Positions 45,620-54,359 of a stretch of 64,000 nucleotides of DNA are shown here, in pieces. Each line of letters begins with the position of its first letter. The stretch's first letter is position 1. Origin of the DNA: an uncultured Solirubrobacterales bacterium (GTDB lineage Bacteria > Actinomycetota > Thermoleophilia > Solirubrobacterales > 70-9); assembly GCA_963719435.1 (NCBI GenBank), contig OY970384.1, forward strand, positions 2,623,835 to 2,687,834, in the 5' to 3' direction. The notes under the pieces are model-generated. The model saw only the letters and a list, made by a program, of their open reading frames with translations. It was not told where the DNA came from and ran no database searches. The translations under genes and the position numbers were made by a program.

Positions 45620-47539
45620 ATGACCACCTCCAGACTCGATTTCCGCCTGCTCCTCGCCCTCCTCACCTGCGCCTGCGGGCTGCTGCTGGTCCCGCTGGCG
45701 GGATTGGCCGCGGCCAAGAGCTGCAACGGCAAGCACGTGACGATCATGGGAACCCCCGGCAACGACACGATCGTCGGCAAGGCCGCCAGCGACGTGATCG
45801 ACGGCGGCGGTGGCGACGACGTCATCACCGGCGGCCCCAACGGCAACGACACGATCTGCGGCGGCCCCGGCAACGACTCGATTCACGCCGGGCGCGGCTT
45901 CGACTCGGTCTTCGGCGACTCCGGCGAGGACCAGCTGTTCGGCGAAACCGGCTCCGACATGATCGACGGCGGCGAGGGCGACGACACCGTCAACGGCGCC
46001 AAGGGCGCCGACGCCCTCCACGGCGGTCCCGGCAACGACGCCCTGATCGGCGCCAAGGGACCGGACACGCTCGGCGGCGACGCCGGCTCGGACTTCGTCG
46101 ACGGCCAGCAGGGCAGCGACGAGATCGACGGCGGTGGCGACGGCGACCAGCTGTTCGGCGACAAGGGCAACGACAAGGTCGACGGTGGCGCCGGCGACGA
46201 CAAGGTCGACGGTGGCGCCGGCGACGACAGCGACCTCGACGGCGGCGGCGGCTCCGACACGGTGGTCGGCGGCGCCGGCACCGACGACGCGAGCGGCGGC
46301 GACGGCGACCACGACGTGGTCCGCGGCGACGCCGGCACCGACACCCTCTCTGGCGGCGGCGGCAGCGACGACATCGTCTCCTACGCCACCGCGACCCGCG
46401 GCGGCGTCAAGGTCAGCCTCGGCGCCAACCAGGCCAAGGGCGACGGGCACGACGGCCTCGACGGCTTCGAGGACGTGGTCGGCTCGCCCCAGGGCGACAC
46501 GATCGTCGGCGACGGCAACGCCAACAAGCTCGACGGTGGCGTCGGCGACGACACGCTCGAGAGCGGCGGTGGCGGTGGCGTCGCCTACGGCGGGCCCGGC
46601 ACCGACAGCTGCAGCGGCTTCTCGATCGAAGACTCCTGTGGCCCGGAAACGGGCCCCCCGCCCGGAGCCGCCTTCGTGATCCTCAACCAGGGCCTCGACG
46701 GCTCCAGCCTCGTGGTCCAGGGCGGCAGCGGCCCCGACCGCATGCAGATCGCCCGCAACGGCAGTTGGACCGTCTCCGACGACCAGCCCGTCTACGCCGG
46801 CGACGGCTGCGAGAACCCCGGCGGCAGCACCGCCAGCGTCAGCTGCGCCGCCGACGCCGCCCTGGTCGTGGTCACCGGCGGCGACGGCGACGACGACCTG
46901 ACGATCGACCCCAGCGTCCCCGGCAGCGCCAAGGTCCGGATCAACGGCAACGACGGCAGCGACCGCCTCGTCGGCGGCCCCGAGGACGACGTGCTGGAAG
47001 CGGGCGAGAACTACAACGGCCCCGACAACGGCAGCGACGTGCTCGACGGCAACGGCGGCAACGACGTCCTCTACGCCGACCCGGGTGGCGACCAGCTCAG
47101 CGGCGGCGACGGCGAGGACCTGCTGGTCTCCTCCGTCGTCACCTGCCAGGGCCACCGCTTCGACGGCGGCGCCGGCGAGGACACGGTCTCCTACGCGCGC
47201 TCCAACGACAACCTGCGGATCACCCTGAACGGGACCGGCGGCCCCGAGGGCTGCGGCAACCTCGACCAGGTCCTCGGCGACAACGAGAGCCTCGAGGGCT
47301 CCGACGGCCCCGACGTCCTGACCGGCGACAACGGCGAGAACAGCCTGCTCGGCCACCTCGGCGCCGACACCTTCTTCGCCAAGGGCGGCGACGACTTCAT
47401 CGACGCCGCCGACGGCCAGCGCGACAAGGAGATCGTCTGCGGCGGTGGCGAGGACGAAGTCGTCAAGGACGGGGCCGACCCGACCTCCGGCTGCACGGGC
47501 GGACCCGGCCCCGCCGGACGCTCCGCCCGGCGTCACTGA
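45620..47539 (+). CDS. secreted calcium-binding RTX (hemolysin-type GGxGxD nonapeptide) repeat protein
   Basis: GGAGG lies 5 nt upstream of ATG 45620. Signal peptide, then dozens of GGxGxDxhx units (GGGGDDVITGGPNGNDTICGGPGNDSIHAG...). Confidence 0.85.
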   Translation: MTTSRLDFRLLLALLTCACGLLLVPLAGLAAAKSCNGKHVTIMGTPGNDTIVGKAASDVIDGGGGDDVITGGPNGNDTICGGPGNDSIHAGRGFDSVFGDSGEDQLFGETGSDMIDGGEGDDTVNGAKGADALHGGPGNDALIGAKGPDTLGGDAGSDFVDGQQGSDEIDGGGDGDQLFGDKGNDKVDGGAGDDKVDGGAGDDSDLDGGGGSDTVVGGAGTDDASGGDGDHDVVRGDAGTDTLSGGGGSDDIVSYATATRGGVKVSLGANQAKGDGHDGLDGFEDVVGSPQGDTIVGDGNANKLDGGVGDDTLESGGGGGVAYGGPGTDSCSGFSIEDSCGPETGPPPGAAFVILNQGLDGSSLVVQGGSGPDRMQIARNGSWTVSDDQPVYAGDGCENPGGSTASVSCAADAALVVVTGGDGDDDLTIDPSVPGSAKVRINGNDGSDRLVGGPEDDVLEAGENYNGPDNGSDVLDGNGGNDVLYADPGGDQLSGGDGEDLLVSSVVTCQGHRFDGGAGEDTVSYARSNDNLRITLNGTGGPEGCGNLDQVLGDNESLEGSDGPDVLTGDNGENSLLGHLGADTFFAKGGDDFIDAADGQRDKEIVCGGGEDEVVKDGADPTSGCTGGPGPAGRSARRH

Positions 47540-47545
47540 GCGCCC

Positions 47546-48187
47546 CTAGAACCCCTCCTCGCCGACCAGCGGCACGAAGCGGCAGGGGCCGATCGCCTCG
47601 GTCTCGACCCGCTCGCCGCGGCGGCGCAGCACGGTCAGCAGGTCGGTCTCCTCGTTCTCGCTGATCGGGACGACGAGGCGGCCGCCCGCGGCCAGCTGGG
47701 AGATCAGCGCCGGCGGCGCGGCCGGGGCGGCGGCGTGGACGGCGATCGCCGCGAACGGCGCCCGCTCGGGGACGCCGCGGCTGCCGTCGCCGAGCGCCAG
47801 CTCGACGTTGCCGACCCCGAGCCCGGCCAGCGCCTTCCGCGCGCCCCGGGCGAGGCCGCGGTGGCGCTCGATGCTGACCACCTCGGCCGCCAGCCGGGCC
47901 AGGACCGCGGCCGAGTAGCCGGAGCCGGTGCCGACCTCCAGCACCCGCTCGTCCCCCCGCAGCTCCAGCGCCTGGCAGATCGCGGCGACGATCCAGGGCT
48001 GGGAGATCGTCTGCCCGGCGGCGATCGGCAGGGCCGAGTCGGCGTAGGCGCGGCGCCGCAGCCGCGCCGGCACGAAGACCTCGCGCGGCACCGCCGCCAT
48101 CGCCGCCAGCACCCGCTCGTCCTCGATCCCGTGCCCGCGCAGCTGCCGCTCCACCATCCTCGTGCGGAGGGCGGCGAAGTCGGCCAT
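47546..48187 (-). CDS. pcm: protein-L-isoaspartate O-methyltransferase
   Basis: 213 aa containing QTISQPWIVA and the SAM motif VLEVGTGSGY. Confidence 0.9.
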   Translation of the reverse strand: MADFAALRTRMVERQLRGHGIEDERVLAAMAAVPREVFVPARLRRRAYADSALPIAAGQTISQPWIVAAICQALELRGDERVLEVGTGSGYSAAVLARLAAEVVSIERHRGLARGARKALAGLGVGNVELALGDGSRGVPERAPFAAIAVHAAAPAAPPALISQLAAGGRLVVPISENEETDLLTVLRRRGERVETEAIGPCRFVPLVGEEGF

Positions 48188-48189
48188 GG

Positions 48190-48885
48190 TTAGAAGATGT
48201 AGTTGCCGAGCTTGCCGGAATCGAGCACGGTGACCCGGCCGCGGCCGGAGCGGACGACGCCGGCGCGCTCGAGGTCGGCGAGGAAGCGGCTGACGCTCTC
48301 CCGCGAGGTGCCGGCGAGCTGGGCCAGGTCGGCCTGGTTCATGCGGATCGTCACCTCTCCCCCCTCGCCGCTGCGGGTTTCGGAGACCAGCTGCGAGAGC
48401 ACGCCGGCGACGCGGCTGGGCACGGTCTGGAAGGACTGGCGCGAGATCCGCTCGTTGGCCTCGCGCAGGCGCCGCACCAGCGCCGCCACCAGCTTCAGCG
48501 AGATCTCCGGGTGGCGGGCGAGCAGGCTCCTGACGTCGGTCGCCGGCAGCGCCAGCAGCTCACCGTCGCTGAGCGCTTCGGCGCTGGCCGAGCGCAGGTC
48601 GCCGTCGAGCATCGCCAGCTCGCCGAAGACCTCGCCGGGGCCGAGCGTGGCGAGGGTGATGGCGCGGCCGTCGGAGTGCTCGCGGGTGACCCGGAAGCTG
48701 CCCTCGCTGACGATGTAGCAGGCGTCCGAGCGGTCGCCCTCGTGGAAGACGCGGGTGCCAGCGGGGAAGGAACGGGGCACGGCGACCCGCGAGAACCGCT
48801 CCAGCTCCTCCGCTTCGAGGTCGGCGAAGAGCGGCACGCTGCGCAGCAGCCCGATCGCGCCCTGGCTATTCCCGGAGTTCCCCAC
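48190..48885 (-). CDS. Crp/Fnr-family transcriptional regulator
   Basis: 231 aa. cNMP-binding domain (FGELAMLDG..RSASA) and a C-terminal HTH (QADLAQLAGTSRESVSRFL). Confidence 0.9.
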   Translation of the reverse strand: MGNSGNSQGAIGLLRSVPLFADLEAEELERFSRVAVPRSFPAGTRVFHEGDRSDACYIVSEGSFRVTREHSDGRAITLATLGPGEVFGELAMLDGDLRSASAEALSDGELLALPATDVRSLLARHPEISLKLVAALVRRLREANERISRQSFQTVPSRVAGVLSQLVSETRSGEGGEVTIRMNQADLAQLAGTSRESVSRFLADLERAGVVRSGRGRVTVLDSGKLGNYIF

Positions 48886-48959
48886 TACCGGGGATTATCG
48901 CTCCTGCCGGTCAGCCGCAGCGTTTGCGAGCCCGGCTGATTGCTTAGTCATTCTCTACT

Positions 48960-48965
48960 TATAAG
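48960..48965 (+). promoter_or_regulatory. candidate -10 box (TATAAG) for a leaderless transcript of 48974..49561
   Basis: A+T-rich patch with TATAAG 8 nt upstream of the ATG and no Shine-Dalgarno sequence. The -35 match is poor. Confidence 0.3.
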
Positions 48966-48973
48966 GTTGCTCG

Positions 48974-49561
48974 ATGACCGCTATCCGCGGCATCGCGGCC
49001 GCATCTCTGGGTTGCCTGGCCCTACTCGCGGGCAGCGCCGACGCCGGCGGCGCGACCTACCGGTGGGGGACCAAGCACGTTCGCGTCTGCGATCGCAGCG
49101 GCTACCGGCCGGTGCTGAGCATGGCGATCGACTGGTGGAACCGCACCCCGGCCTCGGTACGCCTCTCCCAGTCCTGCTCGAATCCGCAGATCGTCGTCTA
49201 CCGCTACAGCCGCGACACCCCGCACAAGAGCGGCTTCGCCTACTACCCGCCGGACGGCCGGACCTTTCTGAACCACTATTGGATGGGGCGCATGGGGCGC
49301 ACCCAGCGGGCCGACACCGTCGCCCACGAGCTCGGCCACGCGCTGGGGCTGCCGCACCTGCGGGGATGCGCGGTGATGTACGGGGGGCCTGGCTTCGGCA
49401 GCCACTGCCACGAGTCCCCCGGCAGGTCTGCCTGCGGTCCGCAGCGGCACGACGCGCGAGCGCTGATCCGACTCTACGGCGGTCGGCTGGGAGGGTTTCG
49501 AGGCTATTCCTGCGGCACCCCGGCGCCGCCAGAGGTCGTGGCTACCGAGACGAGACGCTGA
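48974..49561 (+). CDS. secreted zinc metalloprotease (metzincin/matrixin-like)
   Basis: 195 aa with a signal peptide and the HELGHALGLPH (HExxHxxGxxH) motif followed by a Met-containing turn (CAVMYG). Confidence 0.65.
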   Translation: MTAIRGIAAASLGCLALLAGSADAGGATYRWGTKHVRVCDRSGYRPVLSMAIDWWNRTPASVRLSQSCSNPQIVVYRYSRDTPHKSGFAYYPPDGRTFLNHYWMGRMGRTQRADTVAHELGHALGLPHLRGCAVMYGGPGFGSHCHESPGRSACGPQRHDARALIRLYGGRLGGFRGYSCGTPAPPEVVATETRR

Positions 49562-52500
49562 GCTTGCGCGGGCCGCGGCTGAAGCCGGCGCCGATCAGCG
49601 CCTCCTCGTGGCCGCAGCCGATCACCGCCTCGCCGTCGAGCTTCTCGACCGCGAGCTTCGGCAGCTGACCGGCGCTGACCGCCTCGGCGAGGGCGCGCAT
49701 CGCCGCTTCCAGCTCCGCACCCTCGAGTGGCTGCAGGCGCAGGATGCCGCGGCCGCCGCGCTCGAGGAAGACGACCGGCTCGCCGTCGCGCAGCAGCAGG
49801 TGGGCGCCGGGGGTGCGGCCGGGTCGGCGGCCGCCCTCCAGCTTCGGCCAGGGCAGCGAGGCACCGTAGGGGTTGGCCGGGTCGGTGGCGGCGAGCAGGG
49901 TGTAGGAGCCGTCGGCTTCCGGCAGCGAGCGCAGGCGCTCGACCGCGCCGGGGAGCGCGAACTGGGCGCCGCCGAGGCCCTCGACGAAGTAGCCGCGGCG
50001 GGCGGTGCCGAGCAGCTCGAGGTTGCCGAGCTCCGCGTAGAGGGTGGCGAAGCCGCCGGGGATGCCCTCGGCCAGCACGGTCTCGCGGGTGACGATGCCG
50101 TAGCGCTCCAGCATCAGCTCGGCCTGGGCGCGGAGGCGGGCGCCGGGGCCGGGAGCGTTGGCGAAGAGCGGCTCGGTCAGCGACCAGCGGCCCTGCACGG
50201 CGGCGCCGGCGTTGGCGCGGCGGCGGGCGAAGCGGCGGCCGCCGCGGTCGGCCGAGGAGACCGCGCGCAGGCGCGGCGCCCGCAGCGGCGAGAAGGCGTC
50301 GTTGGTCACCCCGCCGCTCCAGGCGAGGTCCCAGAGCGCGTTGTGCAGCTCCTCCGCCGGGTGGTCGAGGTCGGCCAGCAGGTCGAGCCAGAACGAGGGG
50401 CCGGCGGCGAGGCGCTCGCGGATCGCCGCGTGGACCTCACCGCTCGGCGCCTCCAGCTTGGCGTTGGCCGGCGGCGGCCCGGCGAGGCGGACGTCCTCGC
50501 GGAAGTAGAGGGCGACGCGGCCGTCGCTGCGGCCGCGGGCGCCGGCGCCGACCCAGACCAGCTCGCCGCTGGTGCAGAGTTCGTCGAGCCAGGCGGGCGA
50601 GTAGGTGCCGAGCCGGCGCGGCAGCACGTCCGCCTCCCAGACCTTGGGCGTCAGGGCGACGCCCTGCAGCGGCACCAGCGCCTCGCGCAGGCGGTCGGGG
50701 CCGGCCCCGGCGGGGCGGAAGGCGTCGACGTTCTGCCAGCTCGGCAGGAAGCGGGCCAGCTCGCTGCGGTCGGCCGCCTCGACCTCCTTGCGCAGGCGGG
50801 CGAGGCTGGCGCGGCGGACCCGGCGCAGGACTTCGGAGTCGCACCACTCGCGCTCGGTCCCCTGCGGCAGCAGCTCGCCGCGGACCAGCGCCCCTTCGCT
50901 CTCCAGCTCGCGCAGGGGCGGCAGCGGGTCGACGCCGTAGCGCTCGGCCAGCTGCGCGGTCGGGAAGGGGCCGTGGGTGCGGGCGTAGCGGCGGACCAGG
51001 GCCCGCATCGCGTCCGGGTGGTCCTCGAGGAAGGTCTCCGGCAGGCCGGCCGGCGGCGGCACCCCGAGCGCGTCGCGGTAGAGGCCGGCGTCCTCGGCGG
51101 CGATGTAGCGCTCCTCGCCGGCGACCCGGACCTTGGCGACGCGGCGCTCGGCGACCAGCTTCTCCAGCATCGAGGCGGCCGAGTAGCCCTCGGTGACCCG
51201 CTCGTCGCACTCGGCCGCGGTCATGTCGCCGAGGTTGCGCAGCAGCTGCTGCAGGGCGTCGCGGTCGCCGGCGCCGCCGGCCTCGGTCCGGTGCTGCAGC
51301 TGCTCCTCGACCTCGACCAGGGCCTCGGGGTCGATCAGCTCGCGCAGCTCCTCCTGGCCCAGCAGCTCGCGCAGGAGGTCGCGGTCGAGGGCCAGCGCCG
51401 CCGCCCGCCGCTCGGCGTTCGGGGTGTCCCCCTCGTACATGTAGGTGGCGACGTAGTCGAACAGCAGCGAGGAGGCGAAGGGCGAGGCGGTCGGGGTCTC
51501 GACCTCGACCAGGCTGATCTGGCGCGCGTGCAGCTTGCCCAGGAGGTCGGCCAGGCCCGGCAGGTCGAGCACGTCCTGCAGGCACTCGCGGTAGGTCTCG
51601 AGGATGACCGGGAAGCGGGGGAAGTCCCGCGCCACTTCGAGCAGGCTCTGCGACTTCAGCCGCTGCTGCCAGAGCGGCGTGCGCTTGCCCGGGTAGGCGC
51701 GCGGGATCAGGAGCGAGCGGGCGGCGTTCTCGCGGAAGCGGGCGCCGAACAGGGCCGAGCCGGAGAGCTCGCTGACGATCAGGTCCTCGATTTCCTCGGG
51801 ATCGATCAGGACCATGTCGCTGGGCGGCGCCTCGTCGGCGTCGGGCAGGTGGATGACGATGCCGTCGTCGGACCAGATCGCGTCGGCCTCGAGGTCGTGC
51901 TCGGCGCGGATCTTGGCGGCGAGGGCGAGGCCCCAGGCGGAGTGGACGCGACCGCCGTAGGGGGAGAGGATGCAGAGCCGCCAGTCGCCGATCTCGTCGC
52001 GGAAGCGCTCGACCACGATCGTCTCGTCGGAGGGGACGACCCGGGTCGCCTGCTGCTGCTCGCGCAGGTAGGTGACGAGGTTGTTGGCGGCGCGCTCGTC
52101 GAGGTCGTACTCGGCCGCCAGCTCGCTCGGCTCGCGCGAGACCGCCTCGCGCGAGAAGGCCCCGATCGCCCGCCCCAGCTCGGCCGGGCGGCCGATCCCG
52201 TCGCCCTTCCAGAAGGGGACGGCGCCGGGGGCGCCGGGGGCCGGGGTGACGATCACCCGGTCGCGGGTGATTTCCTCGATCCGCCAGGTGGTGGCGCCGA
52301 GCAGGAAGGTCTGGCCCGGGCGCGCCTCGTAGACCATCTCCTCGTCGAGCTCGCCGACCCGGCGCCCGTCCGGGAGGTTGACGCTGTAGAGCCCGCGGTC
52401 GGGAATCGTGCCGGCGTTGGTGACGACCAGCGAGCGCGCGCCTTTGCGGCCGTGGATCGTGCCCTGGGTGCGGTCCCAGACGATCCGCGGCCGCAGCTCG

Positions 52501-54167
52501 GCGAAGCGGTCGGAGGGATAGCGGCCGTCGAGCATGTCGAGCACGTTCTCCAGCTGCTCACGCGAGAGCTCGCGGAAGGACTCGGTGGCGGTGACCAGGC
52601 GCTCGACCTCGTCGACCTCCCACTCGTCCAGGGCGGCCATCGAGACCAGGTGCTGGGCGAGCACGTCGAGTGGGTTCTGCGGGATCACCGTCTCCTCGAT
52701 CTCGCCTTCGCGCATGCGCCGCGCGACCACCGCGCACTCGAGCAGGTCGCCGCGGTATTTGGGGAAGATCCGCCCTTTCGAGGTCTCGCCCAGCCCGTGC
52801 CCAGCGCGCCCGATCCTCTGCAGGCCGCGGGTCACCGACTTCGGCGACTCGACCTGGATCACCAGGTCGACCGCGCCCATGTCGATGCCGAGCTCCAGCG
52901 ACGACGTCGCCACCAGGCAGGGCAGCTGGCCGGACTTGAGCATCTCCTCGACCAGGGTCCGCTCCTCGTGGGATAGGGAGCCGTGGTGGGCACGGGCGAT
53001 CTCCTCGTAGGCATCCTGAGGAGATCCGGGGGAGGATCCTGCGGGCGGGGACGGGGTCTCCGTTCTCGGACCCTCCCCCGAATCTCCCGAGCTCGCGGCG
53101 TGACCGCCGTGCTCGGTCGCGGGCAGCTCCCCTTCGAGTTCTCCGTTAGCAAGCTCGTTCAGGCGCTTTGCCAAGCGCTCGGAGGCCCTTCTGTTGTTGA
53201 CGAAGATGATCGTCGAGGTGTGCTCCTGGACCAGCTCCAGCAGCTTCGGGTAGATCGCCGGCCAGATCGAGCGGATGTGGGCGCTGGGCTCGACTTCCGT
53301 CGGGGGAGGGCCGTCTTCGCTGGGATAGGCGGGCGCCCCCGGGTCCGACATGTCCTCCACCGGCACCACGATCTCCAGGTCCAAATCCTTGGTCCGCCCC
53401 GCGTCGACAATCCGGCATTTGCGCTTCGGGCCCACCAGGAACTGCGCGATCCGCTCCAACGGCCGCTGCGTCGCTGACAGCCCGATCCGCTGGATCCCTG
53501 ACCCAGGCCCCCGTGGGGAGGAGTCAGGGGAGGACTCTGACGAGCCTCCCCGCTGTTGCTCGGCAGAGTCCTCCCCTGAGGCTTCCCCGCCGGCACCTTG
53601 AACAAGGTCATCCAACCGCTCCAGCGTCAACGCCAGGTGCGCCCCCCGCTTGGTCTGGGCAACGGCATGAATCTCGTCGACGATCACCGCTTCGGTCGTG
53701 GCGAGGATCTCGCGCACGCCGGAGGAGAGCATCAGGTAGAGCGACTCGGGGGTGGTGATGAGGATGTCCGGCGGCGTTTTCTGCATCTTGCGCCGCTCCG
53801 ACTGGGGCGTGTCGCCGGTCCGCAGGCCGACCGAGATCTCCGCCCCGATCCCGCGCAGCGGCGCCCGCAGGTTGCGCTCGATGTCGTAGGAGAGCGCCTT
53901 CAGCGGCGAGACGTAGACCAGGCGCACGCCCTGCCCCAGCTCCTCGGAGCGGGCCAGCTTGTCGATCCCCCAGAGGAAGCTGGCCAGGGTCTTCCCGGAC
54001 CCCGTCGGCGCGCAGATCAGCGCGTTGTCGCCCCCCGAGATCGCCTCCCAGCCCCCCGCCTGCGCCGGCGTCGGCCCCTCGAACGAGGCCTCGAACCACC
54101 TACGCACCGGCGCACTGAACGGCGCCAACGGATCAGGTTTCGCACTCTTCTTCGCCTTGGTCACCAA
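49542..54167 (-). CDS. lhr: Lhr-family ATP-dependent DExH-box helicase (large helicase-related protein)
   Basis: 1541 aa. Motif I APTGSGKT, motif II VDEIH, SAT, QRIGRAGH, and the long Lhr-type C-terminal extension. Confidence 0.9.
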   Translation of the reverse strand: MVTKAKKSAKPDPLAPFSAPVRRWFEASFEGPTPAQAGGWEAISGGDNALICAPTGSGKTLASFLWGIDKLARSEELGQGVRLVYVSPLKALSYDIERNLRAPLRGIGAEISVGLRTGDTPQSERRKMQKTPPDILITTPESLYLMLSSGVREILATTEAVIVDEIHAVAQTKRGAHLALTLERLDDLVQGAGGEASGEDSAEQQRGGSSESSPDSSPRGPGSGIQRIGLSATQRPLERIAQFLVGPKRKCRIVDAGRTKDLDLEIVVPVEDMSDPGAPAYPSEDGPPPTEVEPSAHIRSIWPAIYPKLLELVQEHTSTIIFVNNRRASERLAKRLNELANGELEGELPATEHGGHAASSGDSGEGPRTETPSPPAGSSPGSPQDAYEEIARAHHGSLSHEERTLVEEMLKSGQLPCLVATSSLELGIDMGAVDLVIQVESPKSVTRGLQRIGRAGHGLGETSKGRIFPKYRGDLLECAVVARRMREGEIEETVIPQNPLDVLAQHLVSMAALDEWEVDEVERLVTATESFRELSREQLENVLDMLDGRYPSDRFAELRPRIVWDRTQGTIHGRKGARSLVVTNAGTIPDRGLYSVNLPDGRRVGELDEEMVYEARPGQTFLLGATTWRIEEITRDRVIVTPAPGAPGAVPFWKGDGIGRPAELGRAIGAFSREAVSREPSELAAEYDLDERAANNLVTYLREQQQATRVVPSDETIVVERFRDEIGDWRLCILSPYGGRVHSAWGLALAAKIRAEHDLEADAIWSDDGIVIHLPDADEAPPSDMVLIDPEEIEDLIVSELSGSALFGARFRENAARSLLIPRAYPGKRTPLWQQRLKSQSLLEVARDFPRFPVILETYRECLQDVLDLPGLADLLGKLHARQISLVEVETPTASPFASSLLFDYVATYMYEGDTPNAERRAAALALDRDLLRELLGQEELRELIDPEALVEVEEQLQHRTEAGGAGDRDALQQLLRNLGDMTAAECDERVTEGYSAASMLEKLVAERRVAKVRVAGEERYIAAEDAGLYRDALGVPPPAGLPETFLEDHPDAMRALVRRYARTHGPFPTAQLAERYGVDPLPPLRELESEGALVRGELLPQGTEREWCDSEVLRRVRRASLARLRKEVEAADRSELARFLPSWQNVDAFRPAGAGPDRLREALVPLQGVALTPKVWEADVLPRRLGTYSPAWLDELCTSGELVWVGAGARGRSDGRVALYFREDVRLAGPPPANAKLEAPSGEVHAAIRERLAAGPSFWLDLLADLDHPAEELHNALWDLAWSGGVTNDAFSPLRAPRLRAVSSADRGGRRFARRRANAGAAVQGRWSLTEPLFANAPGPGARLRAQAELMLERYGIVTRETVLAEGIPGGFATLYAELGNLELLGTARRGYFVEGLGGAQFALPGAVERLRSLPEADGSYTLLAATDPANPYGASLPWPKLEGGRRPGRTPGAHLLLRDGEPVVFLERGGRGILRLQPLEGAELEAAMRALAEAVSAGQLPKLAVEKLDGEAVIGCGHEEALIGAGFSRGPRKLSVSSR

Positions 54168-54192
54168 CCCATTGATCCTACGGACTCGCCGA

Positions 54193-54237
54193 TGCGGCAG
54201 TCCTTTGTGGACCTATGCGACACAAAGGACTGCCGCA
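54193..54237. repeat. 17-bp palindrome TGCGGCAGTCCTTTGTG-N11-CACAAAGGACTGCCGCA
   Basis: Read directly from the sequence, 26-70 nt upstream of the lhr start. Loop is GACCTATGCGA. Shares its core with the palindrome at 42345..42379. Confidence 0.85.
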
Positions 54238-54246
54238 CTCGGACGA

Positions 54247-54358
54247 GCCCTGTCCCGGTAGGGGTGAAGCGTCTTGTACTTTTTCGCGGCTGTGCCCCGG
54301 GGCGACAGCCGGCGGCGATCCCCGAAAAAGTTAAGCGAAACCCCTACCGGGACAGGGC
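54247..54358. repeat. 112-nt nested palindrome (19-bp perfect outer stem)
   Basis: Outer stem GCCCTGTCCCGGTAGGGGT / ACCCCTACCGGGACAGGGC. Inner stems are CTTTTTCG/CGAAAAAG, CGGCTGT/ACAGCCG and GCCCC/GGGGC. Ends 1 nt from the stop codon of gene 54360..55508. Confidence 0.85.
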
Positions 54359-54359
54359 C

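Noticed and set aside
45700-47400. Highly periodic G+C-rich DNA that could be mistaken for a CRISPR-like or satellite array.
   Set aside because: The periodicity is 27 nt. It is in frame and encodes GGxGxD RTX nonapeptides within one long, well-supported ORF. There are no spacers and no non-coding repeat structure.
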